A stretch of 64,000 bases of DNA from Rhodanobacteraceae bacterium (lineage in GTDB: Bacteria; Pseudomonadota; Gammaproteobacteria; Xanthomonadales; Rhodanobacteraceae), in NCBI GenBank assembly GCA_035708045.1, contig DASSTF010000201.1:5295-69294 (forward strand), written 5' to 3'. Below, in pieces: positions 48,112-58,630 of the stretch (the stretch's first letter is position 1; each line of letters opens with the position of its first letter). The notes below the pieces were generated by a model. It was not told the origin of the DNA and made no database searches. It saw nothing but the letters and a program-made list of their open reading frames with translations. A program made the position numbers and the translations under genes.

Positions 48112-48210
48112 TCGCAGGTTTCACCGCAACAGTGGAACGGAAGGACTTGCCTTGTGTTCATTCGGCATGGACTACAACGACATCCGTTCACGAATGAGGG
48201 AAAGCATCCA

Positions 48211-49377
48211 ATGCAACCAGTCAGGATTGATTTGATTGCCGCGGCGCGGCCGAATTTCATGAAGGTCGCGCCCTTGTTTCACGCACTTCGCGATCAGTCG
48301 TGGTGCCGTCTACGGCTGGTCCACACGGGCCAGCACTACGACGCCAACATGTCCGACGCGTTTTTCCGGGATCTCGGCCTGCCGTGGCCGGACCTGCACC
48401 TTGGGGTCGGCAGCGGCAGCCATGCCGTGCAGACGGCAAGGGTGATGCTGGCCTACGAGGAAGCCTGCGAAAACGACCGGCCGGATCTGATCGTGGTGGT
48501 CGGCGACGTCAATTCGACGCTGGCGTGCGCCCTGGTGGGCGCGAAGCGATGGATCACGGTGGCGCATCTTGAAGCCGGGCTGCGCAGCGGCGATCGGCGC
48601 ATGCCCGAGGAGTTGAACCGACTGGTGACGGACACGCTGGCCGACATCCTGTGGACGCCGTCGCCGGATGCGGACGAGAACCTCGTGGCCGAAGGCGTGG
48701 CGGCCGACAAGATCACCCAGGTCGGCAACATCATGATCGACTCGTATGAACTGATGCGCGAGCGCATCCGGGCCAGCGGCGAGCGTGAGCGGCTGGGACT
48801 GGACGAGCGCGGCTACGCGGTGGTGACCCTGCATCGCCCATCCAACGTGGATGCGCCGACGCCGCTCACGGCATTGGTCGATCAGTTGAAGGCCATGGCG
48901 GTCCGGTTGCCGCTGGTGTTTCCCGTGCACCCGCGCACGCGCAAGAACCTCGAAGCTTTCGGTTTGTGGCGGGCCTTGTCCGAAACCTCCGGCCTGACCG
49001 TCACGTCGCCATTGGGCTATGTCGATTTCATGAATCTGGTGTGCAGTGCGCGCCTGGTCGTCACGGACTCGGGCGGCATCCAGGAAGAAACCACCTACCT
49101 CGACATTCCCTGCCTGACCTTGCGCACGACCACCGAGCGTCCGATCACGCTAACCCAGGGCAGCAATCGGCTGGTGGAAATCGCCGATCTGGATGCGGCG
49201 GTGGGTACTGTTCTGGCGGGTCGCTGGCCGCACGGGCGCAGACCCGCGTTGTGGGACGGACACGCTGCCGGGCGCGTGGTGGCCGACATCCGTCGCCGGC
49301 TGTTGCATGCGGCTGTCGATGTCGACGCCGATACCGACGTCGACGTGAGCATCGGCGCCGAAACCCCCGCCATGTAG
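48211..49377 (+). CDS. wecB: UDP-N-acetylglucosamine 2-epimerase (non-hydrolysing)
   Basis: ARPNFMK, VHTGQHYD, VVGDVNST, HLEAGLRS, TLHRPSN, TDSGGIQEE and TTERP motifs. Confidence 0.93.
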   Translation: MQPVRIDLIAAARPNFMKVAPLFHALRDQSWCRLRLVHTGQHYDANMSDAFFRDLGLPWPDLHLGVGSGSHAVQTARVMLAYEEACENDRPDLIVVVGDVNSTLACALVGAKRWITVAHLEAGLRSGDRRMPEELNRLVTDTLADILWTPSPDADENLVAEGVAADKITQVGNIMIDSYELMRERIRASGERERLGLDERGYAVVTLHRPSNVDAPTPLTALVDQLKAMAVRLPLVFPVHPRTRKNLEAFGLWRALSETSGLTVTSPLGYVDFMNLVCSARLVVTDSGGIQEETTYLDIPCLTLRTTTERPITLTQGSNRLVEIADLDAAVGTVLAGRWPHGRRPALWDGHAAGRVVADIRRRLLHAAVDVDADTDVDVSIGAETPAM

Positions 49378-49510
49378 CCTGCCGGCAATCACGCGACGTT
49401 GCCATTGCCTGCCCGCGGATGAACGCGACGAACACCATCGGGCCGTACTTCAGCCGCGGCTACGCTGCGGTCGCCAACAATCAGGAACATCACGACGGGG
49501 ATGTTCAACC

Positions 49511-51592
49511 ATGCATGTCATCATCATCGGCAGTTACATGGCTGCAGCCGCGATGTTCCTCGTGGCCACCGTGTTGCTGGCGGTGAGCTGGCGCGGACAA
49601 CGGATCGGCGCGCTGCTGATTCTGGCTACGGCGGTCTCCATGTTGTGGGCGGGTTTTGTCGCCTACGCGGAGTGGCAGCGCGCGCTGGCGATCCACTGGC
49701 TGCTGCTGGCCGAAGTGTTGCGTTACGGCGCCTGGTTGGCATTCGTGAGCGCTTTGTTCGGCGCTGCGAAGGTTTTGCGCGGCTTGCGCGCCGTCACACA
49801 TGGGACGTGGGCGCTGCTTGCGCTTTATTGCCTGTGGCCGGCGGGCGCGTTGGCGCTTGGTGCGCCAGCGCCGTTCCGGATCGACGTGCCGCTGGTGGGC
49901 GTGTTGCTGCTGGCGCTGATCGGCGTGGTGTTCCTGGAGCAGATCCTGCGCAATACCGATCCCGAACGGCGCTGGGCATTGAAGTTCCTGTTGATCGCAC
50001 TGGTCGGGATGTTCGCCTACGACATCTTCCTGTACTCGTATGCGATTCTTTATCACCAGTTCAGCACAAGCGCGTGGGCTGCCCGGGGTTTCGTCAATGC
50101 GCTGCTTGCGCCGTTGCTGCTGGTCGCCGCCGCGCGCAATCGCAAGTGGTCGCTGGACGTGGGCGTGTCGCGTCGGATGGTGTTCTATTCCACCAGTCTG
50201 CTGGTGGTGGCCTGCTACATCATCGCCATTGCAGCGGGCGGCTATTACGTGCGCATGTACGGAGGCGACTGGGGCCGGGTGGCGGAAATCGCTTTCGTCT
50301 GTCTGGCGCTTTTGCTTGTGTTCATGATCGCAAGCTCGGGTCAGGCGCGCTCGCGTTTGAAGTCGTTCCTGCACAAGAATTTCTTCAGCTTCCGCCACGA
50401 CTATCGCGAGCAGTGGCTGCGCCTCACGGCCACATTGGCGGCCAGTGACAGCGACACCGAACTGCCGTTGCGCGCGGTGCGTGCCGTGGCGCAGACCATG
50501 GACAGTCCCGCCGGCGCACTGTTCACGCGCGATGACACGGACAGCTTCGTGCCGCAGGCCGAATGGAACATGCCGATACCCGACGGCCTGAAGCTTGCGG
50601 CCACTGCTCCGGTCTTCGAGTTCATGTGCGAACGTCGCTGGATCTACGACCTGGGCAGCGTGCCGCCGATGCGCGACCAGCGACTGAGGGCGCCGGCCGC
50701 GTTGAGCGCGCTGCCGCATGCGTGGCTGCTGGTGCCGCTGGTGCTGGAGGATCGGCTGATCGGTCTGGTGGTGCTGGCGCATGCGCGTGCGCGTCGCACC
50801 GTCGACTGGGAGGACATCGACCTGTTGCGCACCGCAGGCAGCCAGATCGCCGGCACGCTGATGCAGGCAACCAACGCCCGCGAGTTGGCCGAGGCGCGCC
50901 AGTTCGAAGGCTTCAACAGGCTGACCGCCTTTCTCATGCACGACCTCAAGAACGTTGTCGCCCAGCAGTCGCTGTTGCTGCAGAACGCCGCACGCCACAA
51001 GCACAATCCGGCGTTCGTGGACGACATGTTGGCGACGGTGGACAACTCGGTGCACCGCATCACGCGGCTGCTCGACCAGTTGCGCGGCGAATCGAAGCCG
51101 GCTGTCTGGGGGCGGGTGCGGCTGGCGACGGTCATCGACAAGGCGCTGGATGAGTGCCGCACGCATTTGCCCCTGCCGGGATGCCAACTGTCCACGGCTG
51201 AATCGTGGGTACGCGCCGACGCCGAGCAACTGGCCACCGTGCTGGTGCATCTGGTCCGCAATGCGCAGGATGCGGCGACCGCCGGCGGGCACGTCATGTT
51301 GCGACTGAAGCATGCGGCCGGACAGGTCGTGCTGGAGATCGCCGACGACGGAGACGGCATGGACGACGAGTTCATCCGCCAGCGGTTGTTCAAGCCGTTC
51401 TTCACCACCAAGGGAAGCCGGGGCATGGGCATCGGCGCCTATCAGGCCCGCGAGTACGTGCGCCTTCTGGGCGGAACACTGTGCGTGGACAGTACGCCGG
51501 GGCAGGGCACCGTGTTCACGATCACGTTGCCATTGGCGGAACCCGTGGCGGATGACCTGAATATCGGCAAGCAGAAGGTGATGGCATCATGA
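49511..51592 (+). CDS. prsK: PEP-CTERM system sensor histidine kinase
   Basis: About 9 N-terminal TMs, GAF domain, H-box FLMHDLKN, N-box LVRNAQDA, and DDGDGM / FFTTK / GMGIG. Locus context fits. Confidence 0.9.
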   Translation: MHVIIIGSYMAAAAMFLVATVLLAVSWRGQRIGALLILATAVSMLWAGFVAYAEWQRALAIHWLLLAEVLRYGAWLAFVSALFGAAKVLRGLRAVTHGTWALLALYCLWPAGALALGAPAPFRIDVPLVGVLLLALIGVVFLEQILRNTDPERRWALKFLLIALVGMFAYDIFLYSYAILYHQFSTSAWAARGFVNALLAPLLLVAAARNRKWSLDVGVSRRMVFYSTSLLVVACYIIAIAAGGYYVRMYGGDWGRVAEIAFVCLALLLVFMIASSGQARSRLKSFLHKNFFSFRHDYREQWLRLTATLAASDSDTELPLRAVRAVAQTMDSPAGALFTRDDTDSFVPQAEWNMPIPDGLKLAATAPVFEFMCERRWIYDLGSVPPMRDQRLRAPAALSALPHAWLLVPLVLEDRLIGLVVLAHARARRTVDWEDIDLLRTAGSQIAGTLMQATNARELAEARQFEGFNRLTAFLMHDLKNVVAQQSLLLQNAARHKHNPAFVDDMLATVDNSVHRITRLLDQLRGESKPAVWGRVRLATVIDKALDECRTHLPLPGCQLSTAESWVRADAEQLATVLVHLVRNAQDAATAGGHVMLRLKHAAGQVVLEIADDGDGMDDEFIRQRLFKPFFTTKGSRGMGIGAYQAREYVRLLGGTLCVDSTPGQGTVFTITLPLAEPVADDLNIGKQKVMAS

Positions 51593-52953
51593 GCGACTCT
51601 TCGCGTTGCCTGCTGGTCGTCGAGGACGACACGGGACTGCAGAGCCAGCTGCGTTGGAGCCTCGACGACTACACCGTCGTCGTGGCCGGCGACCGGACCT
51701 CGGCGCTCAGGCAGCTCGGCAAGCACCAGCCGACGGTGGTGCTGCAGGATCTGGGCTTGCCGCCGGATGCATCCGGTACCGACGAAGGATTCGCCACCAT
51801 CGCCGACATCCTGCAACAGGCGCCCCACACCAAGATCATCGTGGTCACCGGCAACGGCGACCGCGACAACGCGGTGAAGTCCATCGGCAGCGGCGCGTAC
51901 GATTTCTGCTCCAAGCCGCTGGATCTGGACGTGTTGCGCATGATCGTGGATCGCGCCTTCCGCGTGCACGAGCTGGAGGCGGAAAACCGCAAGCTGCGCA
52001 GCCAGTCCGAACCGACGCTGGAAGGCATCATCGGCACCAGCCAGGCCATGTTGCAGGCTTTCCGGATGGTGGAAAAGGTCGGCGCCACCGATGCCGTCGT
52101 GCTGCTGCTCGGCGAGACCGGCACGGGCAAGGAGTTGTTCGCGCGCGCGCTGCATCGCCGCAGTCCGCGTCGCGACGGACCGTTCGTGGCCATCAACTGC
52201 GCGGCCATTCCGGAAAACCTTCTGGAAGCGGAATTGTTCGGCTACGAGAAGGGCGCCTATACGGGTGCGCACAAACAGACCCGGGGCAAGATCGAAATGG
52301 CCGCGGGCGGTACCCTGCTGCTGGACGAGATAGGCGACATGCCCATCGCGCTGCAGGCGAAGTTGTTGCGTTTTTTCCAGGAGCGGGTCGTCGAACGCAT
52401 CGGCGGTCGTGAGCCGATTCCGGTGGATGTGCGCATCATCGGCGCCACGCACCAGGACCTCAAGGCGCGGATCGACGAGGGGCTGTTCCGCGAGGATCTT
52501 TATTACCGCATCAGCGAGGTGGTCATACGCCTGCCGCCGCTGCGCGAACGTGCGGGCGACGTGACGGCACTGGCGCGGCACTTTCTGGACCAGGCTGCCA
52601 GCCGCCACGGGCGCGTCGGGTGCAAGTTCACTCCCAAGGCGCTCAAGGCGATCCAGGCGCATCCCTGGCGCGGCAACGTGCGCGAGCTGGAAAACGCCGT
52701 CAACAGCGCGGTCATCATGGCCGACGGCAAACAGATCGGACCCGAGGCATTGCACCTGGACGCGGCTGGTGACGCGGACACATTGAGCCTGCGCGCGATA
52801 CGCGACAACGCCGAAACGCGGGCCATCCAGAGGGCGCTCACCAAAGCCGGCGGCAACCTCTCGTACGTGGCGGAGTTGCTCGGCATCAGCCGACCGACGC
52901 TTTACGACCTGATGAACAAACGCGGGTTGAAGAAACCCGGCAATTCCGGCTGA
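51589..52953 (+). CDS. prsR: PEP-CTERM system sigma54-dependent response regulator
   Basis: Receiver (LQDLGLPP), AAA+ domain (GETGTGKE, ELFGYEKGAYTGA, WRGNVREL) and Fis-type HTH. Confidence 0.9.
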   Translation: MSDSSRCLLVVEDDTGLQSQLRWSLDDYTVVVAGDRTSALRQLGKHQPTVVLQDLGLPPDASGTDEGFATIADILQQAPHTKIIVVTGNGDRDNAVKSIGSGAYDFCSKPLDLDVLRMIVDRAFRVHELEAENRKLRSQSEPTLEGIIGTSQAMLQAFRMVEKVGATDAVVLLLGETGTGKELFARALHRRSPRRDGPFVAINCAAIPENLLEAELFGYEKGAYTGAHKQTRGKIEMAAGGTLLLDEIGDMPIALQAKLLRFFQERVVERIGGREPIPVDVRIIGATHQDLKARIDEGLFREDLYYRISEVVIRLPPLRERAGDVTALARHFLDQAASRHGRVGCKFTPKALKAIQAHPWRGNVRELENAVNSAVIMADGKQIGPEALHLDAAGDADTLSLRAIRDNAETRAIQRALTKAGGNLSYVAELLGISRPTLYDLMNKRGLKKPGNSG

Positions 52954-52988
52954 CGACCACTCGACCGTTTGCCCATGGAGGAAGAAAT

Positions 52989-55844
52989 ATGAGCATCACC
53001 CTGTTCCATTCCCGGACGCCACGTTGCGTACTGGCAGTCATTTGCGCCGGCCTGGTGCTGGCGGCCTGCGGGCTGGCGGATCGCGGCAGCCTGGCATCGG
53101 GTACCGAATATCAGGCCGAAGGAAAGTACAGCGCAGCCTCCATCGAAGCCAAGAAGGTTCTGCAGCGCGAGCAGAACAACGGTGATGCATGGCTTCTGCT
53201 CGGCAAGGCGTCGCTGATGCTCGGCAAACCGATGGACGCCATCGACGACCTCGACAAGGCCCGCGCGAACGGCGTTCCCAAAGAGGAGTGGGTTGTGCCG
53301 ATGGGCGAGGCATTGCGGGTGACGCATCAGTACGAAAAATTGCTGAAGACCTTGCCCATGGACGAGTCGTTCAAGCCTGGCGTCAAGGCGTCATTGGCCG
53401 TGCTGCGTGGCGATGCCCAGCGTGGACTGAACAAGCCCGCGCAAGCCAAAAAGGCGTACGAGCATGCGCTGAAACTGGATTCCCGCAACCCGCTCGCGCT
53501 GATCGGGTTGGCCAGGCTGGCGGCGGCCGCGAATGATCCGGACGCCGTACGGGAGCATGTGCAACAGGCATTGGCCGCCGCTCCGGAGAGTCCGGAAGTC
53601 TGGATGGGAAAAGCCGACCTGGCGTTCGGGAACGGTGCCCTGGCGGATGCCGAATCGGATTATCAGAAGGCCCTGGGCTTTCACGCGCAAAGCTGGTTGC
53701 CGCAGGACAGCTTCATCGCCCGGTTGAAGCTGGCCAGTATCCAGATGCAGCGCAGGCAGTTCGACAAGGCCTTGGCCAACATCCAGGCATTGGAAAAAAT
53801 GGCGCCGCAACAGCCGCAACCGCACTACCTGCACGCGGTGGTGTTGTACCAGCAAGGACATCCGGACGATGCCGTGGCGCAGTTGCAGGAGGTGCTCAAG
53901 GCAAGCCCGGAAAACATTCCGGCGCAGATCCTGATGGGGGCGATCAACTACGGCAAGGGCAATTACGGCCAGACCGAAATGTACCTCAGCAACGTGCTGG
54001 GCATGGATCGCAAGAATGTCGCCGCCCGCAAGTTGCTGGCCCTGACCTACTACCGCGAAGGCCGCTCGGCCCAGGCACTGGATACGCTGCGCCCGATGGC
54101 GCCCAGGCAGGTATCGGACGCCGCATTGCTGGCCGGCCTGCAAAGAGCGGTTGCCAATGACGACAACGTGTCCCGATCGGCAAACGGTATGGCCGGTGCG
54201 GGCAGTGCGCCCACGATGGCGACCATGGCGAACGTGGCGGACAGTGTGCAAGACGATCAATTCACTGACGTCCGCCGTGCATTGACAAGTGGCGACATCG
54301 GCAAGGCGATCGATCTGCTACGAGCCATGCCCAAGGGCGACGCAGCCACCGAGGCCAAACGCACCACGCTGCTGGTCATGGCCTACGTGCGCGGCAAGCA
54401 TGCCGACGACGCGGTCAAGACCGCAGCCGCCCATGCCACGGCCAATCCACGCGACAGCGCCGCGCAGTTGCTTTACGGCACCGCGCTGGTGGCCGATCAC
54501 CAATACGACAAGGCGCGTACCCAGTACGAGAAAGTCCGCAAGCTCGATGCCGGAAACGTCGCGGCGTTGCTCAACCTGGGCAGCCTGGATGTGCATGAGC
54601 ATCATTACGAGAGTGCCGAAAAGTATTTCAAGGAGGTGCTGCAGAAGCATCCGGACAACGTGGTGGCACTGACCGCGCTGGGACGACTTGCCATGCTGCA
54701 GCACGACCGCGCGAATGCCGTCAAATGGTTCAGGCAGGCGACCACCGCGTCGCCGAAATCCACCGAGGGCTACATCAGGCTGATCATGCTCTACAGCCGA
54801 AGCGGACAGTTCGACAAGGCGGCCAGCATGGCCCAGGAACTGGCCGACGCCGTGCCGGACAATCCGGCAACCCTCAACGCCCTCGGTATGGCCAGACTCA
54901 ACGCCCATCAGGCCGACAAGGCGTTGAAACCCCTCAAGCAAGCCGTGAAGCTTGCGCCGGACAGGGCGCTTTACCGCATCAATCTGGCCCGCGCGCAGAT
55001 CATTCTCAAGGACACGAAATCCGCCGAAGCCAATCTCGAAAAAGTGCTCAAGACCCGTCCGGGAGATGTGCAGGCCGTGCGCTTGCTGACAGCGATAAAG
55101 CTGCACGATCACGACTTGCCGGCGGCCATGGCGCTGGCGAAGTCGCTGCAGCAACGGTCGGACACCGAAGCTGCGGGGTTCATGCTGCAGGGTGACCTGT
55201 ACATGACGAACAAGTCCTATCGCAAGGCTGCCGCAGCCTACCAGGACGGGTTGAAGGTCAATGACGACCGACCGTTCGTCATCAAGCGTTTTCTGGCACT
55301 GCGCGCCGCCGGCGCCGACAAGCCGGACAAGGGAATACATGACTGGCTGGTCAAGCACGCCGACGATGACGCCATGCGCATGTTGCTGGCCGGGTACTAC
55401 ATGGACAGTTCGCAGCATGCACTGGCGGCGCGCCAGTACGCGCAGGTGCTCAAAACCTATCCGTCCAATCTTGTCGCGCTCAACAACCTCGCCTGGTTGT
55501 ACGTCGAGCAGCACAATCCCGAAGGTCTGACATTGGCCAGGAAGGCCTACCAGCTGTCGCCCGATTCGCCTTCGATCGGCGACACCTACGGCTGGGCGCT
55601 GATGCAGGCCGACCGGTTCAAGGACGCCTTGCCGATTCTGGAGAAGGCCGCGAAGTCGGCGCCCGATGTGCCGACCATCCACTATCACCTCGCCATGGCC
55701 CAGTCGCAAAGCGGCAATGACGACGGCGCGCGCGCAACGCTTGCCGCGCTCAGAAAGACGGACGCCAAATTTCCGGAGCGGCTGGCAGCGGAAAAGCTCT
55801 ACCGGAAACTGGAAGGCGCAACCGGAAGCAGTGCCGCCAATTGA
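52989..55844 (+). CDS. prsT: PEP-CTERM system TPR-repeat lipoprotein
   Basis: Lipobox LAAC, TPR repeats throughout, C-terminal LNNLAW...DTYGW...YHLA, and position after prsR. Confidence 0.88.
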   Translation: MSITLFHSRTPRCVLAVICAGLVLAACGLADRGSLASGTEYQAEGKYSAASIEAKKVLQREQNNGDAWLLLGKASLMLGKPMDAIDDLDKARANGVPKEEWVVPMGEALRVTHQYEKLLKTLPMDESFKPGVKASLAVLRGDAQRGLNKPAQAKKAYEHALKLDSRNPLALIGLARLAAAANDPDAVREHVQQALAAAPESPEVWMGKADLAFGNGALADAESDYQKALGFHAQSWLPQDSFIARLKLASIQMQRRQFDKALANIQALEKMAPQQPQPHYLHAVVLYQQGHPDDAVAQLQEVLKASPENIPAQILMGAINYGKGNYGQTEMYLSNVLGMDRKNVAARKLLALTYYREGRSAQALDTLRPMAPRQVSDAALLAGLQRAVANDDNVSRSANGMAGAGSAPTMATMANVADSVQDDQFTDVRRALTSGDIGKAIDLLRAMPKGDAATEAKRTTLLVMAYVRGKHADDAVKTAAAHATANPRDSAAQLLYGTALVADHQYDKARTQYEKVRKLDAGNVAALLNLGSLDVHEHHYESAEKYFKEVLQKHPDNVVALTALGRLAMLQHDRANAVKWFRQATTASPKSTEGYIRLIMLYSRSGQFDKAASMAQELADAVPDNPATLNALGMARLNAHQADKALKPLKQAVKLAPDRALYRINLARAQIILKDTKSAEANLEKVLKTRPGDVQAVRLLTAIKLHDHDLPAAMALAKSLQQRSDTEAAGFMLQGDLYMTNKSYRKAAAAYQDGLKVNDDRPFVIKRFLALRAAGADKPDKGIHDWLVKHADDDAMRMLLAGYYMDSSQHALAARQYAQVLKTYPSNLVALNNLAWLYVEQHNPEGLTLARKAYQLSPDSPSIGDTYGWALMQADRFKDALPILEKAAKSAPDVPTIHYHLAMAQSQSGNDDGARATLAALRKTDAKFPERLAAEKLYRKLEGATGSSAAN

Positions 55845-55890
55845 CGGTACACCACCAACCTGTCAGGGGGATTCATCACGAGGACACATC

Positions 55891-56901
55891 ATGAGTCAAC
55901 CCAAGACACGGCATCGCGGCACCATTCTCGTCACCGGCGGCGCCGGTTACATCGGCAGCCACGTGGTTCTGCAACTTGTCGAAGCCGGTGAACGCGTGGT
56001 GGTACTGGACGACTTGAGCACCGGTTTTCGCGACGCGGTCATCGGTGCGGAGCTCGTCGTGGGCAATGTCGGCGACCAGTTGCTGGTGACGCAAATACTT
56101 TGCGAACACAATATCGATACGGTGATGCATTTCGCCGCGCGCACCATCGTGCCCGAATCGGTCAGCGATCCGCTGCGCTACTACGGCAACAATACCTGTG
56201 CGACGCGCAACCTTCTGGCCTGCTGCAGCCGGGTCGGCGTCAGGCGAATCGTGTTTTCGTCGAGTGCCGCCGTCTACGGCACGCCGGATGTCGGGCTGGC
56301 CAGCGAGGATACGGCGACCGTGCCGATCAATCCCTATGGATGCTCCAAACTGATGAGCGAATGGATGCTGCGCGACCTGGCCGCTGCGGGCGGGCCGCAT
56401 TACGTCGCGTTGCGCTATTTCAACGTGGCCGGCTGTGACCCGGCGGGACGTGTCGGACAATCGACCAGGCACGCGACGTTGCTGGTGAAAGTGGCCTGCG
56501 AGGCGGCATTGGGCAAGCGCCAGTGCCTGTACGTTTTCGGTACCGACTACCCGACACCCGACGGAACCGGCGTGCGCGATTACATCCACGTGACGGACCT
56601 TGCGCGTGCGCATCTCGATGCCTTGAATTATCTGCGCGACGGCGGCGCGTCGGCTGTCTTCAATTGCGGCTACGGGCACGGCTATTCGGTGCGTGACGTC
56701 CTGGCGGCAGTCGGTCGGGCGAGTGGATCGCCGGTGCCATGCGTGGAAGCGCCACGTCGCGCCGGCGACCCGCCGTCGCTGGTCGCGGTGGCGGACCGCA
56801 TCCGGGCCACGCTCGGCTGGCAGCCGCGCCACGACGACCTGGATCTCATCGCCAGCACGGCCTTGGCGTGGGAGCGCAAGATGGCAATGCATGCGGGGTG
56901 A
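55891..56901 (+). CDS. galE: UDP-glucose 4-epimerase
   Basis: VTGGAGYIGSH, FSSSAAVYG, YGCSK, LRYFNVAG and DGTGVRDYIHV motifs. Confidence 0.92.
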   Translation: MSQPKTRHRGTILVTGGAGYIGSHVVLQLVEAGERVVVLDDLSTGFRDAVIGAELVVGNVGDQLLVTQILCEHNIDTVMHFAARTIVPESVSDPLRYYGNNTCATRNLLACCSRVGVRRIVFSSSAAVYGTPDVGLASEDTATVPINPYGCSKLMSEWMLRDLAAAGGPHYVALRYFNVAGCDPAGRVGQSTRHATLLVKVACEAALGKRQCLYVFGTDYPTPDGTGVRDYIHVTDLARAHLDALNYLRDGGASAVFNCGYGHGYSVRDVLAAVGRASGSPVPCVEAPRRAGDPPSLVAVADRIRATLGWQPRHDDLDLIASTALAWERKMAMHAG

Positions 56902-56923
56902 GCAAATTTGAACATCCAGACAC

Positions 56924-57119
56924 GAATGGCACTTACTTTAGTGCGAATCTGTCCAATTGCGCGCTGTTGCCGGGAGGCGCAACCCCGTAGGGCGGACACT
57001 GCCCGACAACAAACCTTCATGGGTGCGTGCAGGCTGGTTGTCGGGCAGTGTCCGCCCTACGGGGTTGCGGTTCGGGGATGGTGAATTTCAATGAGTTACG
57101 CGCCAAGTAAGTGCCATTG
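56924..57119. mobile_element. MITE-like element (196 bp) with IS4-like ends, carrying an inverted GTAG-REP pair
   Basis: TIR core AATGGCACTTACTT (56925-56938) and AAGTAAGTGCCATT (57105-57118). Flanking direct repeat CATCCAGACAC at 56913-56923 and 57120-57130. Confidence 0.8.
56978..57069. repeat. Perfect 33-bp inverted repeat containing the GTAG-family REP GTAGGGCGGACACTGCCCGAC
   Basis: 56978-57010 is the reverse complement of 57037-57069. Confidence 0.92.
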
Positions 57120-57137
57120 CATCCAGACACGAACAAA

Positions 57138-57243
57138 CCGTTCACGCTGAGCGTAGCCCGCATGGCGGGCGGAGTCGAAGCGCACCCCACATATCCGACA
57201 TGTCCTTCGACTTCGGCCTGCGGCCTACGCTCAGGGCGAACGG
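57138..57243. repeat. REP doublet (CCGTTC..CTGAGCG...GTCGAAG family)
   Basis: Two inverted hairpin units, closely similar to 63569-63721. Confidence 0.82.
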
Positions 57244-57359
57244 ACTTTGTGGCGAAAAGCGACGTCACGTAAATCACTCTCGCCCCGCACCAGCCATCCC
57301 ATATAGGCTTGTACACCTCTCCTTGGAACCGGGCCGTCCAGCCCGACGGGAACAAGCGT

Positions 57360-58496
57360 ATGGGTTGGGTATTGGCATCGTTTACCGGTGCGATCTGGCT
57401 TTATCTCTTCTGGCGTTTCGTCTATCCGATGCCGGGCGGGCGATGGCCGAAGGGGGTGCTGGCGTTGTGCCTGCTGCTGGCCGCCGAGTATCGGCTGGTG
57501 GTTCGCCTTGTTTTCGCCGGCGTACCGTCCCAGGTGCTGCCACGGGACGTGCTGATCGGGCTGGCCTGGGCGTTCGGCACTGTCCTGTTGCTGGCGCTGC
57601 TGTTGCTCATTCGCGATGTGCTCGGCGTTCTGGTGCTCGTCGTGCGGCGTGCGGCGGGCCGCCAGGTGTTGGCCGGCGGCAGACGGCTGGTCGTCATCGG
57701 TTTGCTGGTGGCCATGCTGGCCGGGTGGGGCGTGTGGCAGGCGGTGAAGGTGCCAGCGGTGAAGACGGTGGATATCCATCTGCCGAATTTGCCGGCGGCG
57801 TTCGATGGCTATCGGATCGTGCAATTGTCCGACATCCATGCCACGCGGTTGCTGCCGGCTCCGTGGGTCGCGGCGGTAGTGCGAAAATCCAATGCCCTGC
57901 AGCCGAACCTGATCGTCATCACGGGTGATCTGCAGGACGGCATGCCTGCTGCGCGCGCGGCGGATGTCCGGCCGCTGCGCAACCTGCGGGCGCCGGATGG
58001 CGTGCTGGTCATACCCGGCAACCACGAGTACTACTCCGACTATCGCGGCTGGATGGACATGTTCCGGAGCCTTGGTCTGGATGTGCTGGAAAACGCGCAC
58101 GTGCTGATCCGGCACGATGGCGCGACGGTGGCGGTGGCGGGGCTGACCGATCGCGCGGCCGATCGTTTCGGGTTGCCCGGTCCGAATCTGCCGGCGGCGC
58201 TTGCCGGCATTCCGTCAGGCATGCCGATCATGGTACTCAGCCACCGTCCCGATACGGCGCGCGCCATCGCCCGGGCGGGCGTGATGCTGGAACTGGCCGG
58301 GCACACCCATGGCGGCCAGATTCTCGGTCCGAGCCTGCTGACCAGGTGGGTCAACAACGGTTTCGTGTCCGGTTTGTACAAGATCGGCGCCATGCGTCTG
58401 TACGTCTCCAATGGCACCGGCTTGTGGGCCGGACTGGCCTTGCGCCTGGGACGGCCGTCGGAAATCACGCAGATCATTCTGCATGCGGGGCCTTGA
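57360..58496 (+). CDS. Membrane-anchored metallophosphoesterase (YkuE/YaeI-like)
   Basis: Four N-terminal TMs. LSDIH, ITGDL, PGNHEY, LSHRP and AGHTHGGQ motifs. Confidence 0.9.
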   Translation: MGWVLASFTGAIWLYLFWRFVYPMPGGRWPKGVLALCLLLAAEYRLVVRLVFAGVPSQVLPRDVLIGLAWAFGTVLLLALLLLIRDVLGVLVLVVRRAAGRQVLAGGRRLVVIGLLVAMLAGWGVWQAVKVPAVKTVDIHLPNLPAAFDGYRIVQLSDIHATRLLPAPWVAAVVRKSNALQPNLIVITGDLQDGMPAARAADVRPLRNLRAPDGVLVIPGNHEYYSDYRGWMDMFRSLGLDVLENAHVLIRHDGATVAVAGLTDRAADRFGLPGPNLPAALAGIPSGMPIMVLSHRPDTARAIARAGVMLELAGHTHGGQILGPSLLTRWVNNGFVSGLYKIGAMRLYVSNGTGLWAGLALRLGRPSEITQIILHAGP

Positions 58497-58630
58497 AGAA
58501 AGTCGGCACGGCTCACACTGTTTGAAGCGTCATCGTCAGCCACGTTGTTCAGTGCTCATGGTCCCGCGTGGTTTAGGATGAAGGAATGGCCTCGTGCCGA
58601 CTCCTCCACGTTTCGATCCGGGAAAAAGTA

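Noticed and set aside
47875-48210. N-terminal extension of WecB
   Set aside because: It translates the tandem repeat and REP region. Homology starts at MQPVRID (48211).
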